A stretch of 64,000 nt of DNA, from assembly GCA_029941885.1 (NCBI GenBank), contig JAPYTP010000001.1, positions 13,989-77,988 of the forward strand, given 5' to 3'. Each line of letters starts with the position of its first letter. Positions within the stretch are counted from its first letter, which is position 1. The notes under the pieces were generated by a model, which made no database searches, was not told where the DNA came from, and saw nothing but the letters and a program-made list of their open reading frames with translations. The position numbers were made by a program, and so were the translations under genes. Below are positions 55,896-64,000 of this stretch, in pieces. Source of the DNA: Myxococcota bacterium (lineage in GTDB: Bacteria; Myxococcota_A; UBA9160; UBA4427).

Positions 55896-57092
55896 ATGTT
55901 CTTCTTTTTCGATTTCGACAACTACGTTAAGATGATCCGGCTCGCCTGGAACGAGAAGGTTCCGAAGGCTCGCTACTACTATCTCGCGGTTCTGCTGATC
56001 GGCGTTCCGATCGTCTCTAGTTTTCACGCGATCTGTTTCCTTCTCGATGGGCTGCTGTTCCCCGATTTGAAGAAGGTGGAGGTCCGCGAGCCGATCTTCA
56101 TGGTCGGCCATGCTCGAAGCGGGACGACTCTGACCCATCGGCTGTTGAGCAAGGATTCAGGCCGGTTCAGTTCATTCATGCTCTACGAACTCTACTTTCC
56201 TTCGCTGATCCAGAAGAAGGTGATTCGAGCGATCGCCCGCTTCGACGAAGAGAAGATGGGCGGTTTGCTTCTGGGGCAGGTGCGCGCCTGGGAAGAGTGG
56301 CGGTACGGCAAGATGCGCCACATGCACGACATGGGGCTCACGGAATACGAAGAAGATGACATCGTCCTGTATTGGTCGATGGCGGCCGGTTTCTGGATCA
56401 CGAAGATGCCCTATATGGGCGACCTGGATTTCTATGCGATGAATGACTGGACGGCGTCGAAGCGACGCCGCTACAACGATTTCTATCGCGAATGCATTCG
56501 TCGCCAGCTCTACCTGAATGGTCCGGACAAGATCCATCTCAGCAAGAACCCGATGTACTCTGGAAGAGTGGCCTCTCTGATCGAGGCGTTCCCCGACGCG
56601 AGGATCGTGGTCAACGTGCGAAACCCGTACGAGACGATTCCGAGCCTGCTTTCGATCATGAGGGCCGGGTGGAAGCAGCTGGGGTGGGACGATGAGAAAC
56701 AGGCCGAGACCTTGAAGATTCTTGCCAATCAGTCCTGGCACACCTATTTGCACCCGATCGAGACCCTCGACGCCAGTCCGCAGACGCGCGGGGCGATCGT
56801 CGACTATCGCGACCTGACCTCGGACCCCGCGGCGACGATCGAGCGCGTGTATCGCGATCTCGCTCTTCCCCTGTCGGATGACTACCGCGAGAGCCTGGTG
56901 GGAGAGGGAAAACGCGAGCGACAACACCAGACCAGACACACCTACAGCCTCGAGCAATTCGGTCTCGAAGCCGACGCGATTCGCAACGAACTCGGCGTAC
57001 TCTTCGATCGGTTCGGGTGGGACGATCCGGACGAGAACGGAACGGACGCCTCGGGACCGGACGGCGAAGAGGGTGGAACGATCGCAGGCTAG
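55896..57092 (+). CDS. Sulfotransferase family protein with an N-terminal membrane anchor
   Basis: PAPS 5'-phosphosulfate-binding-type loop MVGHARSGTTLTHRLL and a later KNPMYSGR region. Hydrophobic segment YYYLAVLLIGVPIVSSFHAICFLL. Confidence 0.75.
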   Translation: MFFFFDFDNYVKMIRLAWNEKVPKARYYYLAVLLIGVPIVSSFHAICFLLDGLLFPDLKKVEVREPIFMVGHARSGTTLTHRLLSKDSGRFSSFMLYELYFPSLIQKKVIRAIARFDEEKMGGLLLGQVRAWEEWRYGKMRHMHDMGLTEYEEDDIVLYWSMAAGFWITKMPYMGDLDFYAMNDWTASKRRRYNDFYRECIRRQLYLNGPDKIHLSKNPMYSGRVASLIEAFPDARIVVNVRNPYETIPSLLSIMRAGWKQLGWDDEKQAETLKILANQSWHTYLHPIETLDASPQTRGAIVDYRDLTSDPAATIERVYRDLALPLSDDYRESLVGEGKRERQHQTRHTYSLEQFGLEADAIRNELGVLFDRFGWDDPDENGTDASGPDGEEGGTIAG

Positions 57093-57104
57093 GAGGAGAG
57101 ACAG

Positions 57105-58493
57105 ATGAGTGATGCACAGAAGTCGCTGCGGTCCGCCTGGGAAGACATGATTTCGACCCTGCAGGAAGCGCGGGACGGGATCGACCAGCCTCAATACATG
57201 CCGGCCCCCGGAAACGATCGGAATCTCGCCGAGGGCTACCGATACCTCATGGGCTTCGTTCACAGCGCGGTCGAACGCGCCTTCCACGAGGACCCGGTGC
57301 GTCCACATTTTCGAAATGCGCTCAGTATCATCACGCGCAGCACGATCGACAATCCAGATGCCGTCTATTTCTTTGCACCGATCGACGGCCGCCAGAGCTA
57401 CACGCTTCGCGGGGAGATGGGGGACGCGCGCCACTGGCAGAAAGGGGTCGCGCCGGCGCCCACCGGTCGCAAGGCCCCGCACTACATGATCTTCGAAGTG
57501 AGTTGGGGATGTCTGGCCGGCGATTCCGGAGACCTGTCAGAGCTGCGACCCGGCATGAAGACCCAGACGGGGAAGATCGATTCGTCGATGATCGAAGTGA
57601 ACGAGGATGGTTCCTTCGAGATTCTCTTCGCCCCGGAGAGGCCCGAGGGCCACATTGGAAATTTCGTTCCGACGCTCAAGGTGGTGGACCGTCCTCATCC
57701 TACGGATCCGACGGCGGGACCCGAGCGCTATGCGAACTATGTGAGTGGCCGACAGATCTTCAGCGACTGGGCGCGAGAGGATTCGGTCCACTTCGACATG
57801 ACTCAGATCGGCGCCGAGGGAACGAGCCCCGAAGTCCTCGATCCCGATGCGATGGCAGAACAGCTCCGCGAATTTGGGCAGATGGTGAAGAATCAGCTGC
57901 ACTTCTGGAATGCATTCTGGACGATCCCGATGGGAACCTATGGTGAGCGCGATGGCGCGCTTCCAGGCGTCGCTTTTCCCCGGAACAAGTTCAACAAGAT
58001 GAACGCGGCTTCGGCGGCGACGGGCGGGGGGATGGCGTCCAACCTCTACGCGGGGGGCGTGCTCGAACTCGCTCCGGACGAGGTCTTCATCGTCGAGAAC
58101 AGGATCAAGGTCCAGCCCAATTACATCGGATTTCAGCTCGGCAACCTCTGGGGGGAGTCGATCGAATATGCGAATCGGGTCAGTAGTCGAAACGGGCACC
58201 AGGCCCATGTCGATGAGGACGGTGTGATTCGGCTCGTGATTGCCCACGAAGATCCCGGAGTGCACAACTGGATCGATACGACCGGCCACCCCGAAGTGTT
58301 CATGTCTCCGCGGTGGGCCTATAGCGATACCCCCGACCCTTCCGATTGGCCGGAGATCACGGGCAAGAAAGTCAAACTTTCTGAGGTCATGGACCATCTT
58401 CCGGCGACGACGAAGATGATGACGCCCGAGGAGCGACGCGAGGAGATCGTGATCAGGCAGCGCCACGTGTTGAAGCGATATCGGGCCTTTTGA
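57105..58493 (+). CDS. DUF1214-domain protein, paralogue B
   Basis: AEGYRYLMGFVHSAVER and NWIDTTGHPE...PRW, parallel to the gene at 47599-48693. AGGAGGAG SD overlaps the sulfotransferase stop. Confidence 0.55.
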   Translation: MSDAQKSLRSAWEDMISTLQEARDGIDQPQYMPAPGNDRNLAEGYRYLMGFVHSAVERAFHEDPVRPHFRNALSIITRSTIDNPDAVYFFAPIDGRQSYTLRGEMGDARHWQKGVAPAPTGRKAPHYMIFEVSWGCLAGDSGDLSELRPGMKTQTGKIDSSMIEVNEDGSFEILFAPERPEGHIGNFVPTLKVVDRPHPTDPTAGPERYANYVSGRQIFSDWAREDSVHFDMTQIGAEGTSPEVLDPDAMAEQLREFGQMVKNQLHFWNAFWTIPMGTYGERDGALPGVAFPRNKFNKMNAASAATGGGMASNLYAGGVLELAPDEVFIVENRIKVQPNYIGFQLGNLWGESIEYANRVSSRNGHQAHVDEDGVIRLVIAHEDPGVHNWIDTTGHPEVFMSPRWAYSDTPDPSDWPEITGKKVKLSEVMDHLPATTKMMTPEERREEIVIRQRHVLKRYRAF

Positions 58494-58494
58494 G

Positions 58495-59310
58495 ATGATC
58501 CTCGACGCCTTCCGACTCGACGGCAAGGTCGCCATCGTGACGGGCTCAGGCCGCGGAATCGGCGCCGAGACAGCGCGCTCATTCGCCGAAGTCGGAGCCA
58601 GAGTCGTTTGCGTCGCACGGACGCTCGAGCAGATCGAAACGACCGTGTCGAAGATCGAATCCGCGGGTGGGAGCGGAGTCGCGGTCGCGTGTGACCTGAC
58701 GGAGCCGAATTCGGCGGACCGGGTCGTCGAAGCCGCGATCGATCGGTTCGGTGCGATCGACATCCTCGTGAACAACGCCGGCGGCGGCGGTCATGTCCCG
58801 ACCCGTCACGCCACGGACGATCATTTCGAGGCGGCGCTCGGCCTCAATTTTCGTTCGCCCTTCTATTTGACCCGTGCCGTGGTGCCACACATGAAGGCGC
58901 GGGGAGACGGCGTTGTTCTCAATATCTCCTCGGGCTTTTCACGAGCCGCGAACGTCGGATCGATTCCCTACGGCGGGGCGAAAGCGGCGCTCGAGCAGAT
59001 GACCCGAATGATGGCGATGGAGTACGCGCCGGAGATCCGGGTGAACGCGATTCGCGTCGGCGCCATAACGACCGAGAACATGAAGCAGAACCTGCTAGCG
59101 ACGAGACCCGGCATCGGCGAGAAGCTCGCGGCCTGGACCCCTCGCGAGCGTCTTGGAGTGCCCCGGGACATTGCGCTCGCGGCGCTCTTTCTGTGTTCGC
59201 CCGCGAGCGACTACATCACGGCGCGGATCCTGCCCGTCGACGGAGGGGTCGTTCTCGAACGCTCGGCGATGGAGATCATCGACCGCGCCGACCGGTTGGC
59301 GAGAGAATGA
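58495..59310 (+). CDS. SDR family oxidoreductase
   Basis: GKVAIVTGSGRGIGAE, NNAGG, YGGAKAAL. Starts 1 nt after the upstream stop. Confidence 0.9.
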   Translation: MILDAFRLDGKVAIVTGSGRGIGAETARSFAEVGARVVCVARTLEQIETTVSKIESAGGSGVAVACDLTEPNSADRVVEAAIDRFGAIDILVNNAGGGGHVPTRHATDDHFEAALGLNFRSPFYLTRAVVPHMKARGDGVVLNISSGFSRAANVGSIPYGGAKAALEQMTRMMAMEYAPEIRVNAIRVGAITTENMKQNLLATRPGIGEKLAAWTPRERLGVPRDIALAALFLCSPASDYITARILPVDGGVVLERSAMEIIDRADRLARE

Positions 59311-59344
59311 GGACTCGAGCCGGCGAGCATCGAGTGTGAAGCGG

Positions 59345-60181
59345 ATGCGCGATACGGCGAAGGTGCGGGCGTTTCGAGAGCGCTATGGCCCGACGGCAAT
59401 CGTGACCGGCGCGGCCCAGGGGATTGGGCGGGCGTTTGCCGATTCGCTCGCCGCGCGCGGCCTGGGCGTCTATATGCTCGACGTACAGGCGGAAACCGTC
59501 CAAGGGGCGGCCCGCGAAGTGGCCTCGACGTTCGGCGTGCCTGCCATTCCGATCGCTGTCGATCTCTCGCGTCGCGATTTTCTGGCGAAAATTCTCGACG
59601 TTACGGATCGTCCGGGGAAGGAGCATGAGATCGGCCTCGTGATCTGCAACGCCGCGATCGGTCTGGAAGGTCCCTTTCTTTCGGAGTCGCTCGAAGACCT
59701 TCACCGTGCCGTCGAAGTGAATTGTCACGCCTCGTTGACGTTGACCCATCATTTCGGCCAGCGCCTGGTCGATCGCGGGCGGGGCGGGTTGATGCTGATC
59801 GCCTCGGGGACGGCGCTCCAGGGTTCGCCAAACTATGTCAACTACGCAGCGACCAAGGCCTTCAATCTCGTGTTGGGCGAGAGCCTCTGGTACGAACTGA
59901 AGGACCACGAGGTCGATGTGCTTTCCTTCGTGCCGGGACCGACGAATACACCCGGAATGCGAAAGAGCGTGCCCGGACTCGAGGAAGGTGTTGCGGTCGG
60001 GATGATCCAACTCCCGTCGGTCACGGCCGAGAGCGCGATCGAAGCGCTCGGAAAGCGTGCGAGCGCCGCACGCCAGAGGGAACACGCGAATCGGTTGTCG
60101 GCTCGTCGGCGAGCCGCTGATACGATCATCGAACGACAGGAACGCGCCCGATTGCGCTCGAAGCGAGGTCGGCACGACTGA
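59345..60181 (+). CDS. SDR family oxidoreductase
   Basis: TAIVTGAAQGIGRAFA, NAAIG, YAATKAF. Start trimmed to MRDTAKV. Confidence 0.8.
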   Translation: MRDTAKVRAFRERYGPTAIVTGAAQGIGRAFADSLAARGLGVYMLDVQAETVQGAAREVASTFGVPAIPIAVDLSRRDFLAKILDVTDRPGKEHEIGLVICNAAIGLEGPFLSESLEDLHRAVEVNCHASLTLTHHFGQRLVDRGRGGLMLIASGTALQGSPNYVNYAATKAFNLVLGESLWYELKDHEVDVLSFVPGPTNTPGMRKSVPGLEEGVAVGMIQLPSVTAESAIEALGKRASAARQREHANRLSARRRAADTIIERQERARLRSKRGRHD

Positions 60182-60406
60182 CGGTATTCGTTCCGGCGAC
60201 TGGAATCGAATCGGCCCCCGTCGCTTCCCGGTCGTGGATTCGGAGGGTGCTTGCCGATCGTTCCCGTATGACTGGCCGCGGTGCTTCTGCTACCGAATTC
60301 CCATGGCGACGCCTCTTCGGACAGCCCCGAAGGTCTCGCCGGTTCGGGTCCGTTGGACGACGGATGGGTGGGGCAGCGAAAGTGTTGCGAAGGAGGAGAA
60401 CACAGC

Positions 60407-61303
60407 ATGAAGTTCGGAATTCGAATCCCCCCGCCACAGATGGGACCGATCGGGGATCCAGACTTCATCGTGCGCTATTCGCAATTGGTGGAGAGTCTCG
60501 GCTTCGAGTCGCTCTGGACGATCGATCACGCCGTGATGCACATGGAGTACGACTCGCGATATCCCTACAAGACGACCGGCCGCACGCCGCTTCCCGCGGA
60601 TTCGAATATGCCCGACCCGTTGATCATGATGAGCCTGATCGCGGGAGTGACGGAGCGGATTCGGCTCGGAACCTCGATGCTGATCCTCCCGCAGCGGAAT
60701 CCTCTGATTCTCGCGAAAGAGGTCGCCTCTCTGGACCAGTACTCGAAGGGTCGGATCACGTTGGGAGTCGGCGTCGGCTGGGTCAAAGAGGAAGCCGAAG
60801 CGATGAGTCAGGACTTCAGCGATCGCGGTCGACGTGCAAACGAATGGATCGAAATCCTGAAGGTGCTCTGGACGGAGGACGTCTCGGACTATGAGGGTGA
60901 CTATTTCCAGTTCAAGAGCGTCATCAGCAATCCGAAGCCGGCTCAGCCTGGCGGTGTACCCCTCATGATCGGCGGACACAGCGAAGCGGCCGCACAGCGG
61001 GCCGGGCGCTATGGGGACGAATTCTATCCACATTGGTCGACTCGGGGCCCGAACAAGGAGGAACTCGAGCGCCTGATGCCGATGGTCATGGAGAGCGCTG
61101 AAAAGGCTGGGCGCCCGCTCGACGCAGTCAAGCTCACGCTCACGGGTACGAGCGATGCGAAGACCGCGCTCGAGACGGCGGAGTTCTGTGCCGAACTCGG
61201 GGCGGACCGGGTGGTCGTTCTGCCGCCGAAGGGCGATCTCGAGGCTGCGCTGCCGGAGGAGCTCGCACGTTTCCGGGATCAGGTGATCGCGAAGCTCGGC
61301 TGA
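60407..61303 (+). CDS. LLM-class F420-type oxidoreductase, paralogue 3
   Basis: MKFGIRIPPP..., LGVGVGWVKEEA, PKPAQPGGVPLMIGG. AAGGAGGA SD at 60390-60397. Confidence 0.85.
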   Translation: MKFGIRIPPPQMGPIGDPDFIVRYSQLVESLGFESLWTIDHAVMHMEYDSRYPYKTTGRTPLPADSNMPDPLIMMSLIAGVTERIRLGTSMLILPQRNPLILAKEVASLDQYSKGRITLGVGVGWVKEEAEAMSQDFSDRGRRANEWIEILKVLWTEDVSDYEGDYFQFKSVISNPKPAQPGGVPLMIGGHSEAAAQRAGRYGDEFYPHWSTRGPNKEELERLMPMVMESAEKAGRPLDAVKLTLTGTSDAKTALETAEFCAELGADRVVVLPPKGDLEAALPEELARFRDQVIAKLG

Positions 61304-61321
61304 CGCGAGGAGGAAGTTCGA

Positions 61322-62092
61322 ATGGGCATTCTGGACGGGAGAGTTGCGATCGTGACAGGTGGGGCGCGGGGAGTGGGACGCGGAATCTCACTCGCGCTCG
61401 CGAAGGAAGGCGCCGCCGTCGTGATGGCGGAGATCAACACGCAAACCGGCCCGGCAGCTGAGAAGGAATTGTGCGAGCTCGGATTGCGGGCGCTCTTTCT
61501 CGAGTGTGATGTCGGGAAGCGGGATCAAGTAGAGGCGACGGTCGCACGCACCGTCGAGGAATTTGGTGGCGTCGACATTCTGATCAACTGCGCAACAGGT
61601 GCGAGACCGGATACGGCCTTTCGCACATTTCTCGAACACACCGACGATCAGGTGAAGCTTCAGCTTTCGGTCGAAGTGTGGGGCAGCTTCTACTTCATGC
61701 AGACTTGCCATCCCCATCTCCTGGCGAGCGGGGGCGGACGCGTCATCAACATCTGTTCGATGGCGGGGACCGAACGTGGGCCCGGCTTCATGATCTACGC
61801 CGCTGCCAAGGAGGCGCTGCGCGCGATGAGCGGAGTTGTGGCGAAGGAATGGGGCCCGGACGGGATCAACGTGAATGTGATCTGCCCGACCGCTGTGACG
61901 GAGACGACGGAACGCTTCTTTCGAGAGAATCCGGATGTCGCGACGTCGACCCTCGAGAAAGTGCCTCTCGGGAGATTCGGTGACTGTGAGGATGATATCG
62001 GTCGGGTTGCGGTCTTCCTGTCGGGTCCTGATTCGAGCTACATGACGGGGCAGACGCTCTGGGTCGACGGCGGCGCCGTGATCCACGCCTGA
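61322..62092 (+). CDS. SDR family oxidoreductase
   Basis: GRVAIVTGGARGVGRG, YAAAKEAL. GAGGAGGA SD. Confidence 0.9.
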   Translation: MGILDGRVAIVTGGARGVGRGISLALAKEGAAVVMAEINTQTGPAAEKELCELGLRALFLECDVGKRDQVEATVARTVEEFGGVDILINCATGARPDTAFRTFLEHTDDQVKLQLSVEVWGSFYFMQTCHPHLLASGGGRVINICSMAGTERGPGFMIYAAAKEALRAMSGVVAKEWGPDGINVNVICPTAVTETTERFFRENPDVATSTLEKVPLGRFGDCEDDIGRVAVFLSGPDSSYMTGQTLWVDGGAVIHA

Positions 62093-62123
62093 AACAAGCC
62101 TCGATCGAGGCGGGGGGGGAATC

Positions 62124-62501
62124 ATGATCAAGCTCGTCTTTTGTTGCCGCCGCAAGGAAGGCATGGCGCGTGAGGAATTTCAGCGACGCTGGCTCGATGT
62201 GCACGGTCCGCTCGTCTGTAAGCTTCATGAGCATCTGCCCATGATGAGACGTTATGTCCAGAGTCATTCGCTCTCGGAAGCCATGAACGAGGGGCTGCGC
62301 GCGTCGCGTGGCACGGCCCAGTCCTTCGACGGGATCACTGAAGTCTGGTTCGACGATCTGGAGTCGATGGGTGGGGATGGGGGAGAGGCGGCGCTCGCGG
62401 CGTCACAGCGCTTGCTCGAAGACGAGGGTGAGTTCATCGACTTCGCGAACTCGCACGTCTTCCTGACGGTCGAACACGAGATCCTAAACGAGATCGGATA
62501 G
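62124..62501 (+). CDS. EthD family reductase-like protein
   Basis: MIKLVFCCRRKEGMAREEFQRRW...HGPL...DGITEVWFDD pattern of the EthD domain. Confidence 0.7.
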   Translation: MIKLVFCCRRKEGMAREEFQRRWLDVHGPLVCKLHEHLPMMRRYVQSHSLSEAMNEGLRASRGTAQSFDGITEVWFDDLESMGGDGGEAALAASQRLLEDEGEFIDFANSHVFLTVEHEILNEIG

Positions 62502-62524
62502 GGTGCCTCGGCCCGGGAACGCAC

Positions 62525-62983
62525 TCACCTCTCGATGTGCGCCCGGACGAGCTGGCGTTCTTCGTCGACCCAGCCCTTGCTCGCTGCGAAAGCCATCATG
62601 CCGTCGCATCCATTGCGCCAATCAGCGTCGCCGTGGACCGAACCGAGCTCGTGGAGGCGCGAGATCGAGATCCAGACATGGTCGTCGTCTCTGGCTTTCG
62701 CGTCCGCCCCGAAGGCTGCCACGACCTGCCCGAACTCGAGACCGGGCGCACTCACAGAGAAAGCGGTGAACGAGTCGGGATCGTCGAGAGTGATCGAGGA
62801 GTCGAGGTGTACGTGAACGATCAAGAAGGGAACCTCCTGGCGAGTCGGTGCTTTCGGCTGAGCGCAGATGATCGACCCGGACAGGGTAACATCGCGGTGC
62901 ACTTCGAAACCGTCCGATCCGGACTTCCATTTCGGAACGGACCTTCTCCGGGAGTCGTTCATGATTCGATCGGTCGTCATCAC
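62525..62983 (-). CDS. Hypothetical protein; N-terminal boundary doubtful
   Basis: The C-terminal ~100 codons have high GC3. The tracked start overlaps the divergent DUF3604 start. An internal TTG at 62824 preceded by AGGAGG is an alternative. Confidence 0.4.
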   Translation of the reverse strand: MMTTDRIMNDSRRRSVPKWKSGSDGFEVHRDVTLSGSIICAQPKAPTRQEVPFLIVHVHLDSSITLDDPDSFTAFSVSAPGLEFGQVVAAFGADAKARDDDHVWISISRLHELGSVHGDADWRNGCDGMMAFAASKGWVDEERQLVRAHIER

Positions 62984-64000
62984 TCGTTGCCTGGTCGGGC
63001 TGGTAGGCCTCTATTTGGCGAGCGCATCTCTTTCTCCGGGAGTCGTCCGCGCTGAAGTCGAAGAGGGTGGGAAGGCCACCGCGGGGTACTCGCCGTATGC
63101 GGGGGAAGATTTTCCGCGCGAGGTCTTCTTCGGCGACACCCACATTCACTCTTCCTGGTCCGCAGATGCAGGCAACATGGGAAATCGACGGATCGGTCCC
63201 GACAGCGTCTACCGCTTCTCGCGGGGTGAGGAGATCACGGCACACAACGGGATGCCCGTTCGACTACGTCGACCCCTCGATTTCATACTCTTGAGCGACC
63301 ATGCGGAATATCTCGGCGTGATGAACATGCTGGATCGCGAGGATCCCATACTGCTCCGGACGGAGACCGGGCGCCGCTGGCTCGAGTGGCGCAAGGCGGG
63401 CGAGCACTTGAAGGTGTTCGCCGAGTTTGGGCTGTCGTTGCTGGCGAGCGAGGACATCATCGAGAGCCGCGAAGTCGAGCGGACCGCGTGGAGTCGTGTC
63501 GTCGCAAACGCGGAGCGTTGGAACGAACCCGGTCGCTTCACGGCGTTCATCGGTTACGAGTGGACTTCGACTCCCGGCGGCCGGAATCTCCATCGCAACG
63601 TGATCTTCGCAGACGACGGGCAGAGGGCCCTGCAGGTCATCCCGATCAGCTCATTCCATGATCCGAGGCCCGAGTCGCTCTGGCGTTTCATGTCGGACTA
63701 CGAAGCGGAGACCGGTGGGCGGATCCTGGCGATTCCGCACAACTCGAACGTGAGTGGCGGGCTCATGTTCGCGCTCGAAGACTCCGCGGGGAAGCCGATC
63801 GATGCAGCCTATGCCGAGGAGCGGGCCCGCCGCGAACCGCTCGTCGAGGTGACGCAATACAAGGGGGACAGCGAGTCCCATCCGCTGCTCTCGCCCAACG
63901 ACGAATTCGCGGACTACGAGACCTGGGATCGCGCGGCCCTCGGTCGAGCGGGACATGAGGACAGCTTCCTCGAAGCAGAATACGCCCGGCCAGCACTCAA
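62961..64000 (+). CDS. DUF3604-domain (PHP-like metal hydrolase) secreted protein, partial; continues past the right edge
   Basis: Manual translation is open to the window end. Signal peptide MIRSVVITRCLVGLVGLYLASASL, then FFGDTHIHSSWSADA, FIGYEWTS, HRNVIF, IPHNSN, EVTQYKGDSESH. Not in the ORF track because it is truncated. Confidence 0.7.
   Translation, partial: MIRSVVITRCLVGLVGLYLASASLSPGVVRAEVEEGGKATAGYSPYAGEDFPREVFFGDTHIHSSWSADAGNMGNRRIGPDSVYRFSRGEEITAHNGMPVRLRRPLDFILLSDHAEYLGVMNMLDREDPILLRTETGRRWLEWRKAGEHLKVFAEFGLSLLASEDIIESREVERTAWSRVVANAERWNEPGRFTAFIGYEWTSTPGGRNLHRNVIFADDGQRALQVIPISSFHDPRPESLWRFMSDYEAETGGRILAIPHNSNVSGGLMFALEDSAGKPIDAAYAEERARREPLVEVTQYKGDSESHPLLSPNDEFADYETWDRAALGRAGHEDSFLEAEYARPAL

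Noticed and set aside
1-64000. Mobile elements, CRISPR arrays, prophage or defence islands
   Set aside because: I found no integrase, transposase or recombinase motifs, no terminal inverted repeats flanking a cargo, and no spaced direct-repeat arrays. I also saw no nuclease/ATPase/methylase combinations typical of defence systems. The only repeats are short microsatellite-like tandems, which are listed as features.

Overview
High-GC (by eye roughly 60-65% G+C) bacterial chromosomal segment, gene-dense on both strands, with about 60 supportable CDS. I found no rRNA, tRNA, CRISPR array, integrase, transposase or phage gene. Most genes encode catabolic or redox enzymes: 6 short-chain dehydrogenases, 2 acyl-CoA dehydrogenases, an acyl-CoA synthetase, a P450, a KstD-like flavoprotein, 5 alpha/beta hydrolases or esterases, 3 paralogous LLM-class (F420-type) oxidoreductases, a DDN-type deazaflavin enzyme, 2 NTF2/SnoaL proteins, EthD proteins, VOC, GST, GFA and Nudix. 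This resembles an actinobacterial-style lipid/sterol-degradation toolkit, yet the window also carries Gram-negative envelope genes (an outer-membrane beta-barrel, a Tat-signal amidohydrolase). The points most worth follow-up are: (1) a chromosomal dihydropteroate synthase whose diagnostic motifs match mobile Sul2/Sul1 sulfonamide-resistance enzymes rather than housekeeping FolP, and which lies outside the usual folP context; (2) a three-gene module of unknown function (OM beta-barrel split by an in-frame TAG, a DUF6502-like HTH protein, and a secreted GIGGSG-repeat multi-beta-domain protein) behind an AT-rich palindromic operator; (3) a sulfotransferase/DUF1214/SDR/LLM/EthD cluster; (4) a BASS transporter, ACAD, CYP125-like P450 and KstD-like knot; (5) several small features (a G-quadruplex-capable repeat in an 800-nt spacer, a leaderless-type promoter, a Fur-box-like operator at an orphan bfd, a decayed PLP decarboxylase, a low-GC desaturase islet). 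All family assignments come from motif reading and memory, with no database search. Start codons were chosen by eye from SD motifs and overlaps and may be off.
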